Of a DNA stretch of 64,000 nucleotides, positions 51,981 through 64,000 are shown one piece after another. The notes under the pieces were generated by a model. The model searched no databases. It was not told the DNA's origin and was given only the letters and a program-made list of their open reading frames with translations. The number at the start of each line of letters is the position of its first letter. Positions within the stretch are counted from its first letter, which is position 1. A program made the translations under genes and the position numbers. The stretch is from Octopus sinensis (taxonomy: Eukaryota), in assembly GCF_006345805.1 (NCBI RefSeq), contig NC_042999.1, positions 52,824,001 to 52,888,000 of the forward strand. Reading direction: 5' to 3'.

Positions 51981-54125
51981 TAATATTAAATTTATGCATT
52001 CAGATATAAGCAGCCAAGAAAACATTTGCTTTTCATTTGATCCTCCCCGTAATGTTGTGTGAACAGAAATTGATCTATCTAGAATGAAATTTCATCATGT
52101 AGCATTTTCCACCAAAAACATATTACAATAATTTATCTTACAGTAATGCACACACCAGAAAGTATTGCTCTATTTCACGTGTTGCCCTGCGCTCAAATAA
52201 TACTTGTGCTTTATTGTGTAGCAGTGAAAATTTTTTGTTCAGATATAAATATATATTTATATACATATATGAATTTTGCAGAGGCTGCCTACATTGTAGA
52301 ATATCCACAGCCCAACGATTTAAAACTATTACCGCTAGAATATTATAGTATTGATAGTATCAAAGCTTGCACAATACATACCTCGTCGGACAAATATCTT
52401 GTAGTATTTCTTCGGCTACTTTACGTTGTGAGTTCAATTCCCACTGGCATCACTTTTACATGTCCTCTCCGAGGAGTCGATACAATATTGTCCCAAGCAC
52501 AGACGAAAAATCGGTGTAATCGGTTAATTATCTTCCTTCAAATCTACTAACATGGCGCTTAAAAATTAGATAGCAATATTGATAATAATTCATGCATGCA
52601 TGCATCCAAGCACCCTAACATATTCATACAATAATATTTACTGCCATGCGTCTGTTTCTTCCAAAGTGAATAGCACTGTTTCTTTGTTATTTTCACCGTT
52701 TCGAGCCAATCAGTCCGTCCACTTCCTATCAACTAGTTCCTCCGACCTCATCTCTAAGTGGGCTAGAGGATAGCTTATAACTATAATTCCTTCCTCAAAC
52801 CATCTTTTGGATTGTAATACAGTCTTTTTTTTGCTTTGAGGGAAGAAATGACCGCAGTATTTGACCAGTGCTGTTACGTACTACTCAAATACTAGTGCTG
52901 TTACTAGCCACAGAAGTTTCACATGTAAAGTTGATATCATGAAGTTTTGAACACACAACGCAAATATCTGATAATCACATCCAATTCAACTACAGACTTC
53001 TACGACTTGCTTTTTCCTCTTTCCAGTGGTGGTATTGAATCGATAGTGGCACTCATATTTGTGGATTCGCACGAAAGCACTAATTTCTCTCCTGTAGTGC
53101 AAGACCAACCGATTAACAAATCCGTCAATAACTCAGTGAAATGAAACTTTGCCGAACCATTAATTTATGGCTTCTGGATATCAATACAATAGAAATATTT
53201 AAGGATTTTTGACAAAATCGTTTTAGATAGTTAGCATTCATGTCATGAACGGGCATCAAAACAAACAATATTGTATAATGCATCGCTTTGATAAATATTC
53301 CACCACGGCAAATTAAAGTTAAGTCATAAGAATTTCTAATGTTTCATTACCTTAGTAACAAAGTGTTCATCTATGCTTCTACTTTTTCGAAAGAACATGC
53401 AATAATGCAGCACGAAACTTTGTCAGTGAACAGGTCGCGGTCTCAAAGCGACGAAAATATTTTGACAAATTAAATTTAAATGTTGAAGTGAATCTAACGG
53501 TTTTGTGCGTTTCTTAAATGGCTTAAAAACACCTTCCACGCTGCATGTAATAACTGTTTTCTGATAAACAATTTTAGAATTTTGGGATTACATGTCAGTG
53601 GGTTTACCATTTTCGGAGAAACACTGACTTATGAGAATGAAGTGTTTATAGAAATACTATGAATGCAATGAGTTTTAGAGACACGAGTTTGAATGCTCGA
53701 TCGCGAAATACATTGTGTGTAGAGAGTGTGTGAGTATAATTCTACACTTTTATTTAGAGGAAATAATTTAAAATAAACAAATAATTATGCACTATATTCC
53801 ATCTTCTACAGTAACTTTACACCAAATGAAGTTAATTGATAAAATATCAGAAGAAATGTTTTAAAAGCTTCAATTTTAAAATTATCCTACACCATAAGGA
53901 CCTATATAAATATATTTTCGTTGAAAATAAATGTTATATTAAAGTTATAGCTTTAAAGCATGCTTCACAACCTTAATGGAACATAGAGTAATAGAGAGAC
54001 TCAGTGGTGGGAGTAGAGTCAAACTTATTGGGAAATTCGTTTGGGTTCGGTCATCCGGCTTTATTCAACCGATCACGCAAAGGATAATATGTTAATTGTT
54101 GTTTTAATATTTAAAAACATTAGGG

Positions 54126-54340
54126 CAACGAGCTGGCAGAATCGTTAGCACGTGGGGCGAAATGCTTAGACGCATTTCGTCTGTTTTTACGTTCTGAGTT
54201 CAAATTCCGTCAAGGTTGACTTTGCCTTTCATCCTTTCGGGGTCGATAAATTAAGTACCAGTTGCGTACTGGGGTTAATCTAATCGACTAGTCCCCTCCC
54301 ACAAAATTTCGTGCCTTGTGAGTAGAGTAGAAAAGAATAG
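54126..54340 (+). mobile_element. tRNA-derived SINE family C
   Basis: GAGCTGGCAGAATCGTTAGCACG...GAGTTCAAATTCC... Confidence 0.9.
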
Positions 54341-54430
54341 CACTATGCCATATGTCCACGGGCATATGTCGTAGTGGTTAAGAGCGCGGGCTATCAACCT
54401 CAAAACTCCGAGTTCGATTTCAGACAGTGA

Positions 54431-54471
<41 letters not shown>

Positions 54472-54645
54472 TCGAAAAATACCTTAGGAATGAGAACCTA
54501 AGTTCGAAATTTCCCCAAGGCACCTGATGAAAGCTGGAGGGTATATCAGCCAAAACGTTGTGTTAACAACGAACAAGGTGAAGACAAATATCCGTCAAGT
54601 GTAAATAATGTACATAATTCCTCATCTTTTAAATATAGAACTGTA
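54341..54645 (+). mobile_element. Complete solo H1 element: fold-back 5' end, tRNA-like head, (AAT)n, HHR (GAAA mutated to AAAA), tail
   Basis: A box 54367-54377, B box 54410-54421, (AAT)n ~54436-54470, HHR 54520-54563. Confidence 0.85.
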
Positions 54646-55277
54646 CCATTTTGATAATTACTTTCATAATTTTGATTATTCCTTTAATTTATATAATTAA
54701 ACATATGTTCCCCTGGGTGAATGGTTGTTAATGTTGAGAGGGAATAAAACGACACAGCACAACATTATAATAGTATTTAATGAAGAACAAGAATGGAATA
54801 ACATACGTCGAAAAGTGGGTGAAACTGGAGGAATCTATTTTGCAATATAGATATAGTTTTGCTCTTTGATCTGACCAGTAGCCTGCAATATAATAAACTC
54901 GAAAGGACTATTTAGTGTACGGAAAGTTGAATGCTATATTCAAACGGACATACGTAATACCTATCTCATTTATTTTGTTTTAGGAAACTCTTTAAGTGAG
55001 TCATATGAAACTTCATAATTTATAAAAAAATTGCAAACATCCAACACCATTAGGGGATCTTGCGTTGCTAACGGCAAGTAGATTCCTTAAAATTATTCAT
55101 AGAAAAACTGGCTGTGCATGAAGGAAGGAATCGTCGTCAGTTAAACGATAGTGTTAAAAGAACAACAGGAAGTAAGAGTAACCAAATTGAATATCCTACT
55201 GAAAGAATTCGAAGAAATAATAAATTTCTGATTCGGTTGGTTGAATCAATAAACATTACAAACGAGATTCTATTAGG

Positions 55278-55405
55278 CGCAGTGGTGAAGGTGGTCGGAT
55301 GGCAGCATCATTAGCATGTCGGACAAGATGTTTAGCAGCATTTCGTCCGATTTTAGGTCCGGAGTTCAACGGCCACCGAGATTGATTTTTGCCTTTCAGG
55401 GGCAA
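55278..55405 (+). mobile_element. Decayed family C SINE fragment
   Basis: GGCAGCATCATTAGCATGTCGGAC...GCATTTCGTC...GAGTTCAA. Confidence 0.55.
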
Positions 55406-56757
55406 AAGGAGTAACCTTTTGCAAGTAATAATCACTCCTGTAGTATAAAGTTGTTTTCTATAAAGTAAACCTTTTCTCTTCAATTATATGGAGATAAAAT
55501 GGAATAACTTTGTAAGTGTACTTATCGACAGTGAAGCAGCACGAATGGGAAAACGCAGAATTTGTAAGTAAAGCATCAAATATTAATTTCGTGATTAATA
55601 GAAAGATATTTATGACTGAAGCAACCTCTTCACTGTTGGTATTTTCAACATCATTAAGAGAGAAACAATTGAACAAATGCTGGTAAATCTACGCAAGGAT
55701 ATGGACACTAGATTTCAGAGGATATTTAACGCAGAGTGAAATGTAATCACCGTGAGAACATTGAGGTGGAGCTTGTAATCTATGAGAAAGTAACTCCTAT
55801 CTGGCAGACTTCTTTTGTAACGACACTTGGTTTTATAAGGTCTTTAATTTGCGTTCTTTTTTCAAATCTGGCCCAGATCATCTTCACTTTTGATCCTTTC
55901 TGGAATGACAAAATAGTATAGATTGAGGGCGGTAGTTTGGTGTAATTGAGGAAATATCAGATGAAATGCCTACCTAGCAGTATTTGTTGCCACTGTGTAC
56001 ATTTCAGCAACTTTGGTTCCTTTAAAATAGCCCACTCTTTTGCAAGCCATTGATCTAAGTCTTCGATTTTTGGACCTCTACCGTGTCCTTCCATCCCACA
56101 ATATTCACCGCATTTATAAGCTCTTAATTTGAAAATATGCTTTCATATATAACTTTCATCAGGCTGTTATAACTCCCCCTATTATACGATTTATGTGTCC
56201 TTCAAATTTCATTAAACTGTTGACAATGAGCTTCCAATAGATTATATTCTTCTAAATTGGGGCTGCTTCTGGGTAGAGCTCACATTCATCGACACACGCA
56301 CAAATACACACACATACATGACAACCATATTCATATAGGAATAAATTTACAATACCCAAACTCACAATTTGTAGGTTTGTAAGTAGGCAACTAAAACCCT
56401 TCAAAGCCACCATAAAGCACATTCCTGATGATATCGTTTTCTGCTAACCTCATAGCCACAACAATACAAATGCTGTTTGTCAGTTTCAGAGTCACCCTGT
56501 GCTTTATATATCTACTTTATTGGTGTCTGCTCCTCGTACCTGGCTGGGCTTGCACTAAACGCACCTAAACCTACAAAGTCTTCACGCATTTCAACTCTCA
56601 TCACACATCTGAGTCTCTCTCTCTCTCTCTCTCTCTCTCGCTCTCTCACTCTCTCGCTCTCTCTCACTCTCTCGCGCGCTCTCCTTCTCTCTCTCTCTCT
56701 ATCTATCACTAAATCCTCTCAGATCAATATGACTAATCCTCTTTTCTGAGAAGGTTT

Positions 56758-57033
56758 GCACATTGGAATTTCGCCCCTCCCCCGTCCATAGTTAACTTGC
56801 ATTTTCTTTCGTCCAAGAATGATATCAACCCTAACCCTAACCGCATTCTCGGACCCTCTCCGATGAACAACGACAAAATACTCCCACCCCCGTCTCATTG
56901 TATTACTCACAAAAATATTATCACTAAATGTCCATAGTAAGAAGAAATGTTGAAAAGTCGACTTCATTCCAAAATTTAAAATTAAAAAAAATATGCATTT
57001 CCAAATAGAGAGGAACGGAGGAGCGAAAATGTG
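56758..57033. mobile_element. Possible MITE with short imperfect TIRs and an internal (TAACCC)2
   Basis: TTCGCCCCTCCCCCGTCC versus reverse complement of GGAACGGAGGAGCGAA; AACCCTAACCCTAACC at ~56828. Confidence 0.35.
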
Positions 57034-58038
57034 TTATTGTAATAATCTAAACAATGTTTTGTTTGATTCATGGAATGTGCAATTTACTCTTGACATATAA
57101 TTGACTGACAATGTTTCAGTGAATTTGGGACGGATGACAAGATGTACATATATACTTTTCAAGTGGATATGATTATACATATGGCTATACAAATACTTAT
57201 GTACGCAGACACACAAACACACAAGAACGCACGTATACTCGCACACAAACACATATATACACAAAGGAAATGAGGGGAGAGAGGAAGAGAGAAAGGAACA
57301 AGAAATTCGTAGAGAGACACACAAGAAAACACACCATTAGGAAATGGAAACATATATTCATACATTTCAAACAATTTGAGAACTTATATCCGACATTAAT
57401 TTCCCTTTGTAGCTAATTACGCATCCAGTTTTCAAATATTCATTCACGCAAGATAACTGGTGAAGATTTGAAGTATTTTGATATTGATGTGAGATCTAGA
57501 CTGAAAGAAATGAACCATAGCGGCAGCAACAGACAGTTCGCAGCTTGCACTAATGAAGAAGCGAGACAATGTATAAACTAAATGAAATATTGGCACGAAG
57601 GCTGATGCGGTAACTGCAATAGCAGTAGTTGAAACAGTTCATTGTTTCTGTACGTAGGTTGCTTCATGACATCTACACCTATTCACTCAACTGGTGGCTG
57701 AAGATATCAGATTTCAGAGTTCATAATATATTGCAGATGTTGTTTATCGTTATTTTACCTCATAATACGTGGTGGCGGTGGGTATTAATATTGCGTCGTC
57801 ACTGTTTTTGGACAATATTCACTGAAGAATTATTTTTTGCTCGCGGTTTCTGTTGCAAAATAACACTAACAGTTCTCTCCTATCACGCCATTCTGTTGGA
57901 ATCAATGGGGAGACTGTGATTAGTGTAGCCCGCGATAAGCAATGACTAAAAAGGAAAGTATAACCGCGTTCTGAATGTACTGGATCATGGATTGGCGGAA
58001 CCAACGAGAAGATGGATTACTAAGAAAGATTCAGTATC

Positions 58039-58169
<131 letters not shown>

Positions 58170-58179
58170 ATGACCGCAT

Positions 58180-58370
58180 GTGTGCCGTTGGCGATTTTTT
58201 TCCTCTGTCTTCCCTTCTATGGATCTTTCCTTCTCCTATGTTTCCGACGAAGAACTCCGCTCGACACGTTAAACGCTCCTTCTTTCCTTCTTTCCTGAGC
58301 GTCCAATAATACTATATTTGTTCCACGTCCTCGCGTTGTTGTGTTTTCATATTTGGATTAACTTTATATA
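58180..58370 (+). mobile_element. Solo PLE-type terminal repeat with decayed HHR-like motif (58240-58274)
   Basis: gttt-CCGACGA-a-GAAC/tcc/GCTC-GACA-cg-TT-aaac; same architecture as 10191. Confidence 0.55.
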
Positions 58371-58442
58371 GGTGGTGCTATTAAGTTAGACATGGCCTGG
58401 GCCAATAATGGCCGAAACCTATCAAAGTATCAAAGTATCAAA

Positions 58443-58525
<83 letters not shown>

Positions 58526-58563
58526 CCGGCTATCTATTTATCTATCCGGCTATCTATCTATCC

Positions 58564-58629
<66 letters not shown>

Positions 58630-58659
58630 TTATCTATCTATCCGGCTATCTATCAATCT

Positions 58660-59090
58660 ATTTAGTGGGAGATTGGAACGCTACCCTAGACATACATCTA
58701 TACTACGTGGGCAGAGATAGTAACAGGAGGGGATGCTAATACCTCAAAGACCTGCTCAGACATTTCCAAATGTCTGACAGGTACCGACTGGACTACTCGA
58801 GTGTGCCAATGTGGGCGTGGAGCAAACGCATCGGGTCGTCTAGATCGTACATACATAGAGTATTCTATAGGAGAGTGGATAAGGGTAGTGTAGGTTGTTC
58901 ACAATTCCATATAGTCAGCTACACAGACCACTAATTGTACACTTGACTTAGATAAGACACAAAAGCAGGGTCCCGGTTACTGGAAGGTGAACGCGTCGTT
59001 CACGGCACGCCAGGTGTACAGAGACCGGATTAGCAAATTAGTTAAGAGTGCGTTGCGAGTCACGAAACCACTTTGAGCATGATCCTGTAA
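58660..59090 (+). pseudogene. L1/Tx1-like APE endonuclease fragment
   Basis: [31 protein letters not shown] motifs in order. Confidence 0.65.
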
Positions 59091-59107
59091 ATTGAAAAGA
59101 GGGAGAA

Positions 59108-59167
<60 letters not shown>

Positions 59168-59454
59168 ACTTTGCACTCATGTCTTTATTCCCTCCCTGCA
59201 CAAGGTTACCGTGGTCGTTTGCGTAGGCTTTACTTTCCACGGATAAACCTAATCTTGTTTCTTACATTTTAAAAATTATTCTGTGATACACGATCCGTTT
59301 TGATCGCCTTTTTTTTCTTTTTTCCCGATCCCTTTTGATCGGAATTTTACTTTTTTCCCTCCTTTTCCCATTTTTCTCTTTCATTTTCGAAAAGCAAACT
59401 CTATAGCTGTATTTGTCCCCTCTGTCTTCAGTCCTGTGTGCGCAATAAAGAAAG

Positions 59455-59533
<79 letters not shown>

Positions 59534-59587
59534 ACCATATAAAATATTTAAATCCTACCACACACACAAACATTTATGTATGCATTC

Positions 59588-59618
<31 letters not shown>

Positions 59619-60262
59619 TGTATGTATGTATGTACTATGTATGTATATATATACGTATGTGTTTGTGTCTTTGTGCGTGTGTGTGTCTGTTTATTCTTGT
59701 ATTCGTGTTTGTCCCCACCATCGCATGACAACCGATGTTGATTTGTATATATCCCCATAACCTAGAGGTTCGGCAAGTGTCCGTTATAAATGTTCAAGGC
59801 TGAAAGTTAAGTAATGAAATCGATTGTTCTACTAAACTCTTCAAGGTGGTGTCACAATTTAGAGAATCATGCGGTTTCCACATAGAGCTCCTCTTGTAGA
59901 CTCGGCTATCAGTCCACGTTGTAATTAATTAGAAAACAGTGCGCAATAAAGTGTCCTAATAACTGAAAATCCAGAAAAAACAAACGGTTAAAATATTCTG
60001 TGAGTATATATATTAAAAAAAACATAAATTCGGGAGATGAAAGTTGAATATAGAAATACCTAGCCATGTGACCTCAATAGGTTTATAACCGTTTCGAAAA
60101 AATATTGATGTAATATTAATTTCAATATTCAAGAAATTACGCACACGCATTTGCATTAGTATGTATGCTCAGCATCATAGAATACAACTGTATATTCACA
60201 GATCAATGCGAATAAAGAAAGCTAGCGCATCAGATCAGCAGAAGATTATGGTTACACCAACA

Positions 60263-60750
60263 GTTGAACATTGACCATAAACAGAAGGATCACTGAATCA
60301 AAACTGGCGCGTGACCTGGGTATCGACCTGAATAATGATGCATCTTTCCAGGTGCACATTACCAAGTTGACAATAAAATGCGAACGTTTCGTTGGCTCGA
60401 TCCTTCGAAGTTTCAAACCAAGTGATAATGAAACCATGATGGTCATCTGGAGGACTTTTGTTCTCAGCTCCCAACTGTGGTAACCAAACAGTGTAAAATT
60501 AACGACGGAAGTCAAGATGATCCAGTGAAGCTACACCAAGACGATCGACGCAATGTGACATATCCGCTACTGGGAAAGACTAAAAGAGGTCCGATTCTAT
60601 TCCCTGGAGCAAAGGCGGAAAACACATGCTGTAATATACATCTGGAAAATTCTAGAAAAATAACTTGTACCAACATTTGGCATTGCCTGTTGAACATTGA
60701 CCATAAACAGAAAGATCACTCATTATACACAAATAATGGAAAGATGAAAC
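60263..60750 (+). pseudogene. CR1-like LINE 3' RT-region fragment
   Basis: RDLGIDL...FQVHI...GSILRSF...IWRTFV; later WKILE-like remnant. Confidence 0.65.
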
Positions 60751-61681
60751 TGAACAAAATAACATTGACTCGGTCAGTATTGCCTGTGTAGAGATGTTTC
60801 TATGTTGTATATATATAATCTGATTTACTCCAGATTTATAATTTTATGAAAAGAAGGTTGAGGTGTGTTTTAGGTCAGAGTGAGATTCTTGAACTTTCAA
60901 ATTCTTTCCATGGATGTTTTGTGAACTTTGTTGAATTCCTAAAGAAGATTATTGTCGAAGAACACAATTTATTTCTACTAGATTGACATTCTTGTCTTGA
61001 GGCAGTCATCCATGAATTATGTAGATTATTTAAATCACCTGCTGTTTTGTACCCTCCCCTACCAACCTGTATAATTCGGTAAAAATATTTGTATTTGTTT
61101 ATATTTTTATATTATTTTATTTTAAATTAGTTTGTCATTTTGTATTAATTTTCTTTATCTCTTAGTATTTCTTTTTGTTTGGCTTAAATTTAGACAGGTG
61201 AATCTCTTAATTTCTAAACAACACTTTATCTTATTGATATGAGAGTGTTGCAAAGTGAAGAAATTGTCTTCTATAGTAATAAAGACACGGAACCTATTTA
61301 CTCACATGTTTACCTTTTACTCTCTAAACCAATGTAATTTTGTGCAGCTCCAGTTTCCCGTAAAAAAAAAGTGTGTTTTGTATGCACCTTTAGAGTTAAA
61401 CTGGCGATGTAACTATGATGTTCCGGTAATCTGATGAGCGAGCTTTATTTGCATGAATTTATGAATGCGCAATTGTATTGTATTATATTGGGCTGACATA
61501 TTAATGCACACATGTACGCATAATTCTTTGTTTATTGAAATTAATACATGAGAAGATTTGCAAAAATTAGCTTTTAAGTGAATTCCATGATGCTGGTTAA
61601 ATATTCAATAAATCTATACTCATTTGTCATACCTTCTAAATTTAAGCTCATATACATATACATACAAATATATATACCATA

Positions 61682-61750
61682 AAGGTATAGGCCCTTCGGT
61701 ATAATCCCAGGTAAACCTCACCTGGTATTATACATAAGGGCCTATACCTT
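61682..61750. other. 69-nt near-perfect hairpin (28/31 bp stem, 7-nt loop)
   Basis: AAGGTATAGGCCCTT...CCAGGT-AAACCTC-ACCTGG...AAGGGCCTATACCTT. Confidence 0.8.
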
Positions 61751-62215
61751 CACGGAAGTACGGACCAACCTTCATATCTTCTAGAAAAATAACATTACCT
61801 TTACTTTTTATTCTTCTATTTTATTCCTTATAAACGGTGAATTTCCCTGTGTTGAACTTTTCTACATACTCACCTTGTCTCTTATGACGGAATACCCAGT
61901 GTACGGACATGCTAGCCGATCACTTGGCATAGCACAGAAACAGCTGTAAGATTTCAAATTCACCTTACCTTAATCAAATTATTATAAATGACTTGAGATA
62001 CTCGTCCTGCTTGGCTTTTGTTGTCCTTCTCCTTTAGTATACACCTGCTAGCACGGAAGCCTAATACGGATCCCTAGCTGCAGCCGCGGCTGTGAAATTG
62101 GAACCTAACCGATGACCAATTATAGCACCTACTCGGCGTACCTATTCATTTAGATCAGTAGTGAACTAAACCCGTCATATTCTATATATATATATATTTA
62201 TAATTCGGTACACAT

Positions 62216-62246
<31 letters not shown>

Positions 62247-62714
62247 CTAGGGATGGAATCCATTAATGGATTTGTGAACTACTATAAACGCACGCGTCAA
62301 ACCAACATCATCCTGCCATACTCAGTAGCGAAGCGTACATATCACACCACTGTAACGTATTATGTAAACTGATGTGGTTCTTTCTTGACTGTGGAGTCCA
62401 TTCGATTCCATTATATCGTTCTCCTTCCTCTAGGGAGCAATGCAGATGTAAGGCGAAACGATTGTCGTGCTAAATAAAGCTTGCAGTATACTCTGTCTTC
62501 CCAATCAATCATTTAAAATATACTAAATTTGTACCGAGGAATTCCTTATGTAGATCTTCCGACGAAGCAGCAGTGCCGACCGGTAGCCATAAGTGATGAA
62601 CGTACTTCAAGGCACACTACTAGAGACATACCCAAAACAAGGTTTGAATGGTACATTATAAAGTATGCTATCTTTAATTTAAATAGAACACATCTATATA
62701 TATATAGAACTAAA

Positions 62715-63560
62715 ATTATCTTCCTGAACGACCTAGTGACATGCAATCAAGCGGAATGCATAGCGCTCACTGAAATGCACCTAAAACCCAGCATCGCTGA
62801 TGCAGAAATACACATACCGAATTATGTGGTATTCGGAAGCGATAGAAAAGACATCCGTGAAGATCTCACGCCGCAGATCCTTTTGTGACACTCAAACTCA
62901 GTGTGTGGAGCACGAAATTGTTCATAAAAGTCGACTCGACATCTTTACTACATATCGCCCACCAGATGCACCAAATCTTATTGGAAGACTGCCGTACAAG
63001 AATAGAAGCGGCCTTAATCAAAATAGAAAAGCACATCATAGTACTTTCGATAGGATACTTCAATCAGCCCAATATGAAATGGCCTGAAGGTATTTTCCTC
63101 TCAGGAATGATGCGATGTGAGCAAAGTCAGGTGGAATTCCTGTTTAACCACGCCAACAAGTTATACAAGGAGCAAATAATACTCCAACCAATCAGGGCAG
63201 ACTATATACTTGACCTCTGCTTCACAATGTAGAGCTCATCCATAATGCAAAAGTGACACCAACACTAATCTCGGATCATAACGTAATAGACCTGACCGTA
63301 TATGGACCAGAGGAATCCACAAACATGCAGCCTATGAGAAGCACGAACACCTATCCAATCTGACCTAACACAAATTATACTGGAAGACAGTTGAGAAAGA
63401 GATCACCAAACGGGACCTGTTCCAATATCTATCCACACCTGACATGGACAAAAAATTGAAAACTTTCATGTCTGTAATACAAGCCATATGGTACAATTTT
63501 GTCCAAGAGAGAAGGGCTACTGCACATAAAAAACAAGATTTCCAGGGAGAGAAAAGTTCC
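62715..63560 (+). pseudogene. CR1-like LINE APE endonuclease region, frameshifted
   Basis: IALTEMHL...AEIHIPNY...SDRK, YRPPD, GYFNQPNMKW, ILDLCFT, ISDHNVI. Confidence 0.8.
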
Positions 63561-63591
63561 TGTGAGACGGCGTAAAATAATTGCAAACTGT

Positions 63592-63661
63592 ACATGCCAA
63601 AGGCACACAGAGCTGCGCTTGGTAGTGAAGTGAAAGCACGCTATAAAAATAGAACTACTGA
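63592..63661 (+). mobile_element. ~70-bp 3' tip of the same R4/Dong-like family as 34381-35279, followed by (CTA)n(AAT)n
   Basis: GGCACACAGAGCTG.GCT.GGTAGTGAAGTGAAAGCACGCTAT matches 35219-35262. Confidence 0.85.
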
Positions 63662-63662
63662 A

Positions 63663-63724
<62 letters not shown>

Positions 63725-63726
63725 TA

Positions 63727-63794
<68 letters not shown>

Positions 63795-64000
63795 TAATAA
63801 TAATGTGTGTATGTAGGCATGCATGCATGTATGCATGTATGTACGTTGGTATGCATATATGTATATATTTATATATATATTTATGATAATTAAAGGGATT
63901 TTGCTTTGAATGCCTTCAACATCTGAGCATAGGTTGCGCCGTGATATCATTCCAATGAACAAAACTGATTGTATGTAACACTTCCTTCAATGACAACATA

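Noticed and set aside
52281-52427. Apparent exon with TTTTGCAG acceptor and GTGAGT donor
   Set aside because: The 3' half, including the donor, aligns to a decayed family C SINE head.
52950-53150. Ig-like minus-strand peptide (FTELLTD...GEKLVLSCE)
   Set aside because: Lacks the conserved Trp and second Cys in frame, stops early, and has no splice support.
56828-56843. Telomeric repeat (TAACCC)
   Set aside because: Only about two units, inside a probable MITE; not an interstitial telomere.
61425-61475. CTGATGA-GCG...CGC
   Set aside because: No GAAA after stem II.

Overview
This is AT-rich eukaryotic DNA, dense in microsatellites ((TA)n, (CA)n, (TATC)n, (AAT)n, (AG)n). It looks intronic or intergenic, and no host protein-coding gene can be firmly identified. 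The repeat complement resembles what I recall from Octopus genomes (inference, not a database hit). The only ORFs I can assign come from mobile elements: R4/Dong-type RLE retrotransposons (one 3.1-kb RT+CCHC+RLE copy plus several 3' fragments, nearly all in (AAT)n), two Penelope-like elements (PLEs) with GIY-YIG remnants and inverted ends, decayed RTE-, CR1- and Tx1-like LINE pieces, a mariner transposase with a mariner MITE, a Chapaev3-like transposon with TIRs and a TAA TSD, and more than a dozen tRNA-derived SINEs. The main observation is about 14 minimal type-I hammerhead ribozyme (HHR)-like motifs of at least 5 sequence types, read by eye. One family has the layout tRNA-like A/B-box head + (AAT)n + HHR. 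It forms the terminal repeat of an ORF-bearing PLE and also occurs as solo SINE-like copies with fold-back 5' ends. One copy is a 206-bp tandem HHR dimer, and two copies are split by stacks of R4/Dong insertions at the (AAT)n tract. All coordinates, folds and family names were read manually and need computational confirmation.
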